IMG/VR virus record: IMGVR_UViG_3300044693_000047
Coordinates: 1-38,050 of that record
Reading direction: 5' to 3' (one strand)
DNA length: 38,050 bases
DNA from: a virus
The notes under the pieces are model-generated. The model searched no databases and was not told the DNA's origin. It saw only the letters and a program-made list of their open reading frames with translations. The translations under genes were made by a program, and so were the position numbers. The first letter of the stretch is position 1. The number at the start of each line of letters is the position of its first letter. Shown one piece after another: positions 1 to 7,356 of the stretch.

Positions 1-60
1 TTCTTGAGTCTGCAAACATCACGCTTCCGACAGTATCAGATGAAATGATTGATGCTGCAC
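1..60. repeat. 60-bp terminal direct repeat, left copy (identical to 37991-38050); probable assembly overlap of a circular or circularly permuted genome of 37,990 bp
   Basis: ttcttgagtctgcaaacatcacgcttccgacagtatcagatgaaatgattgatgctgcac occurs at 1-60 and again at 37991-38050. An ORF is continuous across the junction. Confidence 0.95.
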
Positions 61-155
61 TCACGGCATATGAGGAATTTACCGGACAAGAGGCCGACTA
101 TGAAGGAATACAAAAAGCCCTCGAAGCTGTGCTATCGGAGAAAGGTCATGAGTAA
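3..155 (+). CDS. 3' end of the junction-spanning hypothetical ORF that starts at 37498 (215 aa in total)
   Basis: Frame 3 is open from the window edge to TAA 153-155. Bases 3-60 duplicate 37993-38050. The tail reads ...TLPTVSDEMIDAALTAYEEF...IQKALEAVLSEKGHE. Its stop overlaps the next start (ATGAGTAA). Confidence 0.7.
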   Translation, partial: LESANITLPTVSDEMIDAALTAYEEFTGQEADYEGIQKALEAVLSEKGHE

Positions 156-843
156 GTTCCAGCGTGAAGTCCGCTACGTTGTCGTAAAGCTCAAAGATAT
201 GAGCCCATCCCATTCAGAAGAACTAGCTTCTTTTCTGATGGAGCGATCAATTCCAACGCGAAAGTGTGCTGTTGTGGAAAGCGATTGGCCTGAATACGAG
301 CTGGTATGGCGGATGATCCAAGACCGCATGGAAGGTCGTGCCAATGCAGCCGCGCAGCGCGATGTACTTGTTGATTTTGAATCTCTTGGCACAGCCGGGC
401 CCTTTAAGATTGTAGAAGGGCGCATCGCTCTGCCTATTGTGACGATAAAGGACATTGTGCAAATGTATGACGCAGCGCCGCGAGAGAGTGAGGCGGTGGC
501 TTGGCGCATCAAGAATTACAACCCAATGTTTAATGGGGGACACGCATGGTCTTTTACGTGCGATCCAAAGAGCGTGACTACATACCATGAGCCGCTCTAC
601 ACCGCCCCACCCCCTCCCCGCGTGGAGGGGTCGGATGAGGCGTTGATAGCGATCAAGGACTTGATACGCGCAATCGAATCCAATAAGACTGGCGCTGGCA
701 TAGATAATGACAAAAATCCCAACGTGTATAAAGAGGGACTAATAAAAGCGTACGGACATTGTCTAGAAATGGCGCGCAGACGGTTGAAGTCACTCAATGC
801 CATGCGCGCCGCCCTCGAAGCCGTCCTGCAGGTGAAGCCATGA
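148..843 (+). CDS. hypothetical protein (231 aa), paralogous in part to the junction-spanning ORF
   Basis: ATG 148 overlaps the upstream stop by 8 nt (MSKFQREVRYVVVKL...). The TTG-started upstream extension of track ORF 49..843 overlaps the previous gene. It shares the EAVAW...PLYTAPPPP and ...ALEAVL motifs with the 37498 ORF. Confidence 0.75.
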   Translation: MSKFQREVRYVVVKLKDMSPSHSEELASFLMERSIPTRKCAVVESDWPEYELVWRMIQDRMEGRANAAAQRDVLVDFESLGTAGPFKIVEGRIALPIVTIKDIVQMYDAAPRESEAVAWRIKNYNPMFNGGHAWSFTCDPKSVTTYHEPLYTAPPPPRVEGSDEALIAIKDLIRAIESNKTGAGIDNDKNPNVYKEGLIKAYGHCLEMARRRLKSLNAMRAALEAVLQVKP

Positions 844-1253
844 AACACACGCCCGAAGCAATGCGGGATATCGCCCGCCGAATTGATGAAGTCGCCTTTA
901 ACACTGGAGCAATATTCCCACGAGCGGTTAATGAAGCCGTCGCCATGCTCCGCGATATCGCAGATGAGATGGAGGCAACGAACTATCCGGAAATTCCGGA
1001 GGGTTGGAGGCTGGTGCCAATTGACCCGACCGATGAAATGGTCGCTGCATTTTGGGGCGATATTCAGCATGGTGACGTTGAGCTAGCGCACGCGTGGGAT
1101 GCATACAAAGACATGCTCGCCGCCGCACCCTTGCCGAAGGGTGCGTGCGAACATGAATGGGTCGATGCAAGTAATAGCTGCGTCCAAGGCGGTGAACTGT
1201 GTTTGAAGTGCTATGCCATCCGCGCAACACTGTCGCCGAAGGGAGATGTATGA
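840..1253 (+). CDS. hypothetical protein (137 aa) with a PTDEM motif and a C-terminal 4-Cys cluster
   Basis: ATG 840 is in an ATGA overlap with the upstream stop. MKHTPEAMRDIARR...; LVPIDPTDEMVAAFW; C-x10-C-x6-C-x2-C near the C-terminus (possible zinc ribbon). Confidence 0.75.
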   Translation: MKHTPEAMRDIARRIDEVAFNTGAIFPRAVNEAVAMLRDIADEMEATNYPEIPEGWRLVPIDPTDEMVAAFWGDIQHGDVELAHAWDAYKDMLAAAPLPKGACEHEWVDASNSCVQGGELCLKCYAIRATLSPKGDV

Positions 1254-1486
1254 AGCGCAAAGGCCCCAATCCTTACTCACGCTTCTCCTGGGCGCGCATT
1301 CCAACAGAAGGTGGCGTCATCTATCGACTTTTCCGTCGCGACTTCAACCGCCGCGTGTACTGCGAATGGTGGACGTTCGAGCGTGAGTCTCGGCAGGAGA
1401 GGGCGGTGAAGCTTCGGGCTATGCGAAAGACACTGTTGGAGCGCGTGGATGCGGTGGAGTTGCAGGAGCTTGGGGTTATGTCATGA
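1250..1486 (+). CDS. hypothetical basic protein (78 aa)
   Basis: ATG 1250 is in an ATGA overlap with the upstream stop, preceded by GGGAGA. MKRKGPNPYSRFSWARIP... Confidence 0.7.
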   Translation: MKRKGPNPYSRFSWARIPTEGGVIYRLFRRDFNRRVYCEWWTFERESRQERAVKLRAMRKTLLERVDAVELQELGVMS

Positions 1487-1659
1487 AATATCAATTCGAA
1501 CTTGTATCTATGGATTATTCACGCTCACTTGGAGGATTTCCATTCATCATAAAAGGACCGTACCGATGGAAATGGGTGGCTGAATTTAGACGATGGAGTT
1601 ATAGATTTTTCCCTGATGTCCACCGGCAAATAGCATGGCCAGTTACTGAAGTCGAATAA
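1483..1659 (+). CDS. hypothetical protein (58 aa), below the ORF-track size cutoff
   Basis: ATG 1483 is in an ATGA overlap with the upstream stop. MKYQFELVSMDYSRSLGGFPFIIKGPYRWKWVAEFRRWSYRFFPDVHRQIAWPVTEVE. The stop TAA 1657-1659 abuts the terminator. The stretch looks AT-richer than its neighbours. Confidence 0.55.
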   Translation: MKYQFELVSMDYSRSLGGFPFIIKGPYRWKWVAEFRRWSYRFFPDVHRQIAWPVTEVE

Positions 1660-1686
1660 AAAAGCCGGCATGCGCCGGCTTATTCG
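1658..1686. terminator. bidirectional rho-independent terminator between the convergent arms
   Basis: AAAAAA-AGCCGGC-atgc-GCCGGCT-tattcgtt: perfect 7-bp GC-rich stem, 4-nt loop. The run of A on the plus strand gives a T-run for minus-strand transcripts. It sits exactly between the last plus gene (ends 1659) and the last minus gene (ends 1687). Confidence 0.8.
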
Positions 1687-2142
1687 TTACTGCAAGTACT
1701 CCACTCGTATTCGAACAGCATAGGTCATCGCGCCTGCCGTTCCGCTCGCGTAGTTGGATGTCAGATAGGTGATGTTCGTCCCAGCCTTGGCATTGATGAT
1801 CTGCACACCCTGGGCGAATGCTCCAACGGCATTGGCGGTGTTTGTAGATGTGACGGTATTGGCCTGTAGCGCGGTGCTGGTGTCGTTGTCGGTCCATCCT
1901 ATGCCGACGTTCGGAAGCGTCGATGAGGCGGCATCTGCGGCTGTCTCCACGGCATAGATCGACACGCGATAGATGCCACCTTGGCCGGATGGGACTGCAT
2001 AAACCGTGGTGCTGGAAATGTTCGCGTTGACCGCCGTGCTAGTCGTGACGCGTGCTGTGACAAGCTGGAACGGCGGCGGAAGGTACTGGCCCCATGCGAT
2101 TACCGGAATAAGCAAGAGAATGGCGAGGAATAGCTTGCGCAT
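1687..2142 (-). CDS. secreted protein (Sec-type signal peptide), unknown function; last gene of the leftward arm
   Basis: ATG 2142: MRKLFLAILLLIPVIAWG/QYLPPP... has a basic n-region, a hydrophobic core and a small-residue cleavage context. The mature part is Thr/Ala/Ser/Asn-rich. There is no lipobox Cys. Confidence 0.7.
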   Translation of the reverse strand: MRKLFLAILLLIPVIAWGQYLPPPFQLVTARVTTSTAVNANISSTTVYAVPSGQGGIYRVSIYAVETAADAASSTLPNVGIGWTDNDTSTALQANTVTSTNTANAVGAFAQGVQIINAKAGTNITYLTSNYASGTAGAMTYAVRIRVEYLQ

Positions 2143-2143
2143 A

Positions 2144-2665
2144 TCAGTACCCAACGATGGTGTAGAGGGTGGTCGCTGCTGAACCGACCGCTGTCACTGC
2201 CGTACTAAGGCCTGATGGAACGGTCAGCGCACCGCCAGGCGCAATCGGGAATCCTGTTCCGGTAGCCGATGCACCGTCCAGACGAACGTAAAGGGTATTG
2301 CCATTGGTCGACGTGTTCTGAATGGTGAACCAGTGCGGATAAGTACCCGCGGCGGCGATAGTGGTTGACGTGGTTCCAACGGAGCCATTATTGGTCAAAC
2401 CGGCAGGATTGGAGCTGCCCCCTCCTGTAGGTGTGCCGGCCGGCGTAATGGGATTACCGGTTACTGGATCTACCAAGTACACCGCTGGCAGCGCATTTCC
2501 ATAAGGACCGGTAACGTTATAAGGCGTAGGCCCACCTCCGGTATAAGGCCTCGCATAGGTGACATTGTTGTTGTTCTGCGCATAAGCGGAATGACAGACC
2601 AACCCAAGTACGACGACAAGGACGCATACGAGTGTGGAATGAAGTAATCGACGTAACGGATGCAT
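2144..2665 (-). CDS. secreted protein (Sec-type signal peptide), unknown function
   Basis: MHPLRRLLHSTLVCVLVVVLGLVCHSAYA/QNNNNVTY... The mature part is Gly/Thr/Pro-rich and ends ...TTLYTIVGY. The start overlaps the holin stop (TAATG). Confidence 0.75.
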   Translation of the reverse strand: MHPLRRLLHSTLVCVLVVVLGLVCHSAYAQNNNNVTYARPYTGGGPTPYNVTGPYGNALPAVYLVDPVTGNPITPAGTPTGGGSSNPAGLTNNGSVGTTSTTIAAAGTYPHWFTIQNTSTNGNTLYVRLDGASATGTGFPIAPGGALTVPSGLSTAVTAVGSAATTLYTIVGY

Positions 2666-3042
2666 TAGGAAGCTCCCTTGATGCGCTCGGTTACATGCAT
2701 GGCGCCAAGGCCAAGCATACCGAGTGTGATGGTGGAAAGTTCCGCGATGTTAAGCGGATGCAGTGGAATAGGATGACCGAAGATGTCACCCACGTTCACC
2801 ATGAGCGGCTGTAAAACAAAGTTGTACGCATAGCCGAACGCGCACACCCAACCAAGAAAACCTCGCCAATGTTGCAGCGGATCAGTTGATTGCGCTTCAG
2901 CCTTGTCGATATCCGTCTGTGCTTGGATAAGCGCAAGCGATGCCGCTAGTTGTGCCTTCTCCTGCTCAGTCTTATCCGGGAAGATCATTCCCAGGATGCC
3001 CTTGGCCGCAGTGGCCACTTCGCCAATACCTGTGATGTCCAT
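2665..3042 (-). CDS. holin, 3-TM gene-transfer-agent-type family (alternative start 3051)
   Basis: ATG 3042 overlaps the endolysin stop (TAATG). ...GMIFPDKTEQEKAQLAASLALIQAQTDIDKAEAQS...WRGFLGWVCAFGYAYNFVLQPL... matches my memory of the GTA_holin_3TM (DUF3154) pattern. Hydrophobic segments are present. Confidence 0.7.
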   Translation of the reverse strand: MDITGIGEVATAAKGILGMIFPDKTEQEKAQLAASLALIQAQTDIDKAEAQSTDPLQHWRGFLGWVCAFGYAYNFVLQPLMVNVGDIFGHPIPLHPLNIAELSTITLGMLGLGAMHVTERIKGAS

Positions 3043-3533
3043 TACGTCCATACCCCCGTGCGAATGACATTGGTAAGAAAGACTGCTCGACGTCCCACTT
3101 GGTGATACCACGCTGTGGTTTCCAAATCGTCCGCAGCGTCGGCGTATTGGCCTTTCTCCATGAGGCCAAGGAACTGCTGGAAGGTGCTCAACTTCTGGTA
3201 TCCGAGATTAAACACCATGTCAATGATGGCTAGCTGGCGAGCTTCATCCAGTCCTTTGAACCATACGAATCTGTTGGCTCCGGCTAGCGCTTCCTGGAAG
3301 TCTTCATTCCACAGGAAATCGATAGCTTCCGGTGAAAGAGGCTTGTTGAGGTTGCGCCCCACACCGATCGATGGATTGCCCTTCACGTATGTGCTCTGTT
3401 TGATCTGTTGACCAGTGGCATCGTCATAAGGAAGCGTTCGAACACCTTCCCAATCATTCTGCTTGGTACGCAGAGAAGCTACGGCATGAGGAGCAGGTGT
3501 GATGATGATGATCGTGTCAGGTGTGGCGCTCAT
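3042..3533 (-). CDS. endolysin, T4-lysozyme-like (glycoside hydrolase family 24)
   Basis: 163 aa. ...NDWEGVRTLPYDDATGQ...PSIGVGRNL... has the E/D/T-type catalytic spacing. The downstream helical region ...AIIDMVFNLGYQKL...TAWYHQVGRRA is typical of GH24 phage lysozymes. Confidence 0.85.
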   Translation of the reverse strand: MSATPDTIIIITPAPHAVASLRTKQNDWEGVRTLPYDDATGQQIKQSTYVKGNPSIGVGRNLNKPLSPEAIDFLWNEDFQEALAGANRFVWFKGLDEARQLAIIDMVFNLGYQKLSTFQQFLGLMEKGQYADAADDLETTAWYHQVGRRAVFLTNVIRTGVWT

Positions 3534-3841
3534 GGTTTCTGTTCCTTTGGCTTGAGATTGGGAGCCATCATGTAGATAGCGTTAATGTAATCCTGCATAC
3601 GGTCAAGTCGTTGCTGCGTGCTGGTATAGGCAATGCCACCGATAACTGCCATGGCGATGCCAAGTGCAAACATCACCGCGCAGCACGTCGTAGATATCCA
3701 CATGCCAACACCACCTGCATGGACATTGATGGTGGCGTTTCCACTGCTCTGCCTACGCGGTGGCAATAGCTTTTCAAGACGGTCAAGCTCATAGCGCAAC
3801 TCATCCTGAAGATTTATTTCAGCCGGTGATTCCGTGGACAT
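3530..3841 (-). CDS. single-pass membrane protein in the lysis cassette (candidate holin partner, antiholin or spanin-like component)
   Basis: 103 aa: N-terminal charged/coiled segment, a central TM (GMWISTTCCAVMFALGIAMAVIGGIAY) and a C-terminal tail. ATGA-coupled to the endolysin start. Confidence 0.65.
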   Translation of the reverse strand: MSTESPAEINLQDELRYELDRLEKLLPPRRQSSGNATINVHAGGVGMWISTTCCAVMFALGIAMAVIGGIAYTSTQQRLDRMQDYINAIYMMAPNLKPKEQKP

Positions 3842-4085
3842 TGGTTCTACCCCTGATTTCGGCTACGAGTTCGAGGATGCGCGTCGTCGTCTTGCGCAAC
3901 TCGTCCATTTGAACATCTACCTTCTCGAAGCGGTTAACAACCTCATCTTTTTTTACATAGTCGTTTGCCATTTCCTCGCGAAGATTGAAGTGTGCAAGCC
4001 ATAGCCGTATTTGACCAATCACGACTAGTCCTAAAACGCCCTCGGTAGCCCATTCTGCAAGGTGCTGTAGGTAGTCCATGTTCAT
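3819..4085 (-). CDS. small protein with an N-terminal hydrophobic segment and a coiled-coil tail, lysis-cassette associated
   Basis: 88 aa. ATG 4085 is in an ATGA overlap with the tail-fibre stop. ...EGVLGLVVIGQIRLWLA... is followed by a charged helical region. Confidence 0.6.
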   Translation of the reverse strand: MNMDYLQHLAEWATEGVLGLVVIGQIRLWLAHFNLREEMANDYVKKDEVVNRFEKVDVQMDELRKTTTRILELVAEIRGRTNVHGITG

Positions 4086-6289
4086 AGTCTCATGGCAGAT
4101 TCAATACGCTTCAGGCGCCAGTGTAGCCCAGCGTTCAAGAAGACATTCAGCTGCGCGTAGTTAATGCCGTAGCGATCATCTTCGTAGGTGATCATGCCGT
4201 ATCGTTGCCAACGCAAACCCTCTTCCTCAAAGATTTGGCGCACGGTTTGCGCGATGACGCCTAAATGCCATTGAGCGTCGTCACCCTTCGCCTCTAAGTC
4301 TTTCAACCATCGATAGACGCCAATGGTTTCTAGGATGCGATTAGCAACACGAATCTCTGCCTCATTGAGCAGATGAGCAGTCGTTTTTTCGCGCGCGTCG
4401 GACGTTTGGATAGTGCCATTGACGGCCCAAACCGCCGTCCATCTAGAACCTGATCCACCAAGCTGAGAGTTATTGTCAGAAAGAGGTATAAAGCCGCCGT
4501 TGCTGAACTGAAATCCTGAATTACCTGTGCCTGCCGGGTAGAGAAGAATGCGTCCGTTCGTTGTGTTATTGGTTTGAAGTTGAAGATTAGTTCCAGAAGA
4601 AGTGCTTGATGCGATGATCGAGTTTGTAACACCCCCAGAAACAAGGTTAAGCGTTGAAAGTCCTTCGTGGAAAATACGGTATGAATTATTTCCGAAAGAC
4701 CAACCACCTATTTTAAACGCGTTATCAGTATCTATCCCTAGATAACATCCGAAGGTAGCATCTCTGATAAACGTTAGCGCCGCACACGACGTAGCACTAG
4801 CGGTACCGTTATTATTCGCATGGCATACAATGCCATAGCTTCCACCGGCACCACCGTTTGCTATGGATCCGGTCGATACGGGCCACGTAGTAGTAACGCT
4901 ATTGGTAGAAAATATGGCGGGATAGTTGAAAGTCCAAGTAGGCGTCTGCGTGTCTACAGTGGCATAAACATTTGCACCACCACCACGATATGCACCAAAC
5001 AGGCGAAGTTGTTCACCAAAACAATCGAAAGCAATGTATGAAGTAGGTTGACCGCCCGCAGTAATAACCACGCGAGACGAACTTGATCCTGTTGGATCAC
5101 CTAATTCAACCGCTCCCGTTGATCCTGGTGATCCACTCGAATAATTGGCATAGATATGACCTGATACTTCGATATTTGAAGGTAGGTCGCCTGTTACCAT
5201 GCTCCTAAATGTTGGGGCTGCTGATGCCCCCGAAGAAGGTCCAGCGAAAATTAAATTAGCGCTCTGACTGTTCCATGTACCGGTTAGTGTTCCCGATCCC
5301 GTGACTGGTGAACCGGTTACGGTGAACTGTGATGGCAGAGAAAGACCCACCGATGTCACACTACCACCGCCGCCCGTGGCCGATAACACGCCACCCGTAG
5401 ACAGGTCCAAGCCGCTGCCGATTGTGATGGCCGATGGAATGCCGCTGGATGTGGAAGGATTGCCGAGCAAGGTTGAAGCCGCTTGCGAGGCCAGAGTCAA
5501 GGTTACATTACCTGTAAGAGCACCACCGCCCGCCAAGCCTGTTCCTGCAATGACTTGTGTGCTTATGGTGACGCCATTGGTAATGCCATAACCTGCTAAC
5601 GTCGTCGGCGTGGACGTGATCGAAGACCATGCAGGCGTAACGTTCGTATTGGATGCGGCGGTAATCTGTCCTTGCGCGTTGACGGTTATGACAGCGGATT
5701 GCGTGGCGCTACCGTAAGTCCCTTCCGAAACGCCCGTCGTGTTCAAACTCGCGCTAACGGTATTCGTACTGCTGTTGTAGGCCATGGCCACAGATCCAGC
5801 CGTCGCCCACGTGATCGCCTGTGTCTTGTTGATGCGCCCATACGTATCGAATGCCGTGGCTTGAAGCGTACCGCCCGTCGTGGGTGTGATCGTCGTCAGG
5901 TTAGCCGTGATCGATGCGCCACGCGCATACGAAAAGGTGATATTGGAGTCGTTGGCAAGAATCTGGCCTATCGCATCCTGAGCACGTAAATTGGTGAAAT
6001 AGAGATTATGCGTGCCTTCCGGGACATTATCTGTTGTCCCGGAAAAGGACGACACAGCGCTCAAGACGCCATTGGACAATGAAAGACCCGAACCTATACC
6101 AATCGCGGAAGCTACTCCCTGTGATCCGGAATCGTTGCCAAGGATCGTCCCCGAAGGAATTGAGACGAAATTGTTGTTCGTGGATTGGCTATTCTGAAAA
6201 TATCGGTACCACGGAATAGTCATAAAACCCGCACCATCGGTAACGGGCTGGCGTGATGTAGGCAATGTGAGGTTGACAGGCTGACTCAT
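4082..6289 (-). CDS. tail fibre/spike with a C-terminal intramolecular-chaperone (peptidase S74-type) domain
   Basis: ATG 6289 is in an ATGA overlap with the upstream stop; the extra 61 aa of track ORF 4082..6472 overlap the upstream gene. 735 aa, Ser/Thr/Gly/Asn-rich. The C-terminus ...TSDAREKT...WHLGVIAQ...YGINYAQLN... shows the Ser-x5-Lys autoprocessing signature. Confidence 0.85.
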   Translation of the reverse strand: MSQPVNLTLPTSRQPVTDGAGFMTIPWYRYFQNSQSTNNNFVSIPSGTILGNDSGSQGVASAIGIGSGLSLSNGVLSAVSSFSGTTDNVPEGTHNLYFTNLRAQDAIGQILANDSNITFSYARGASITANLTTITPTTGGTLQATAFDTYGRINKTQAITWATAGSVAMAYNSSTNTVSASLNTTGVSEGTYGSATQSAVITVNAQGQITAASNTNVTPAWSSITSTPTTLAGYGITNGVTISTQVIAGTGLAGGGALTGNVTLTLASQAASTLLGNPSTSSGIPSAITIGSGLDLSTGGVLSATGGGGSVTSVGLSLPSQFTVTGSPVTGSGTLTGTWNSQSANLIFAGPSSGASAAPTFRSMVTGDLPSNIEVSGHIYANYSSGSPGSTGAVELGDPTGSSSSRVVITAGGQPTSYIAFDCFGEQLRLFGAYRGGGANVYATVDTQTPTWTFNYPAIFSTNSVTTTWPVSTGSIANGGAGGSYGIVCHANNNGTASATSCAALTFIRDATFGCYLGIDTDNAFKIGGWSFGNNSYRIFHEGLSTLNLVSGGVTNSIIASSTSSGTNLQLQTNNTTNGRILLYPAGTGNSGFQFSNGGFIPLSDNNSQLGGSGSRWTAVWAVNGTIQTSDAREKTTAHLLNEAEIRVANRILETIGVYRWLKDLEAKGDDAQWHLGVIAQTVRQIFEEEGLRWQRYGMITYEDDRYGINYAQLNVFLNAGLHWRLKRIESAMRL

Positions 6290-7356
6290 GGTGCAAGCCA
6301 TTCGATGATGCAAAGACCACCAATACCCGAAGCTCCTGACCCAAGAAAACCTGTACCGCCGCATCCCGGACCGAACGGAATAAAAGATGCAGCGTTTCCC
6401 CATGCTCCGCCTCCTGGGGCAGGAATGCCGGAAGAAGCCGCAACCGTTATGCCGCCTCCCGCTCCGGGCCATGTAAAAGCAAGGCCAGAGGCCGAACCGC
6501 CTGAACCTGGTGTTCCTGAATTACCGGAACCGCCTCCACCTCCACTTGCAGTAATGCCTAAAGCTGCAATGGTCGATGCCGTTCCTGCCGTTCCTGCGTT
6601 TCCCGCACTTCCACCTGATCCAGCAGCTCCAATAACAATAGCAAGTGAAGTATTAGAGCCAAGTGAGATGGTTCCTTCAGCGTAACCAGCACCCCCGCCA
6701 CCAGATCCTACATTTCCACTCGTACCACCGCCGCCGCCACCGCCACCACCCCAAATACGGAATTTGGCCCATTTAACATTCGCAGGAATGTTCCATGTTC
6801 CTGAACTGGTGAAAACCACTTCTTGCCAAGCGCGATTGATTTCATTTCCTACGAAAGCAGTTGTTGCAACTTTCGTGCTGTAGTCGCCAGCGGCTTGTGT
6901 AGGAACGGTGGGATTGCTTGCAAAAGCGTTTGTGATAGCTGTTTGCACAAACTGTGTATTGGCAATATCCGTGCTGCTATCACCAACCGTTGCAGTAGGT
7001 GCGGTTGGCGTTCCCGTAAAAGCCGGACTGTTCAATGGCGCAAGGCCATTGATCATGTTTCCGAAGCCAATGCTTCCAACCGTCCAATACGGATTAGTGG
7101 GAGGATCGGTATCGGTCGATGGGCAGTACCAGAAATCGTATTCCAGATTCGAATCCAGGTAACACACACATTCCCCGTTCGCATCCAGAATGATCGGATT
7201 CGTGTTGGGTGTACCCGTTGGAGTGGAATAGGTTGCTTGCTTTGTAGTCGTTCCGGCAGCGTAAGTGAATAGCTTCGCACCCGATGCCACATTGGTCGTA
7301 CCGGGAATGAAGAACTTGAGCTTAGGAGGTACGCTGGGGGTGAGGGGGCCAGTCAT
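6286..7356 (-). CDS. tail fibre protein with a C-terminal glycine-rich domain
   Basis: 356 aa. The N-terminus KFFIPGTTNVASGAKLFTYAAGTTTKQATYS...NPIILDANGE is fibre-like. Two SPAFTG-PTAPTA/...TKVATTAFV collar-type repeats are present. There is a run of 9 Gly and a Gly/Ser/Ala-rich C-terminal domain. Confidence 0.8.
   Translation of the reverse strand: MTGPLTPSVPPKLKFFIPGTTNVASGAKLFTYAAGTTTKQATYSTPTGTPNTNPIILDANGECVCYLDSNLEYDFWYCPSTDTDPPTNPYWTVGSIGFGNMINGLAPLNSPAFTGTPTAPTATVGDSSTDIANTQFVQTAITNAFASNPTVPTQAAGDYSTKVATTAFVGNEINRAWQEVVFTSSGTWNIPANVKWAKFRIWGGGGGGGGGTSGNVGSGGGGAGYAEGTISLGSNTSLAIVIGAAGSGGSAGNAGTAGTASTIAALGITASGGGGGSGNSGTPGSGGSASGLAFTWPGAGGGITVAASSGIPAPGGGAWGNAASFIPFGPGCGGTGFLGSGASGIGGLCIIEWLAP

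Noticed and set aside
4082-6472. The full 796-aa track ORF for the long tail fibre, and similarly the upstream extensions of 49..843, 759..1253, 1199..1486, 2665..3111, 8687..8956, 17985..19193, 23254..23559 and 23504..23860.
   Set aside because: The extensions overlap the preceding gene, start with GTG or TTG or lack an RBS, and encode Arg/Cys-rich junk. Internal ATGs in ATGA/TAATG overlaps or behind good RBSs give consistent operon coupling.
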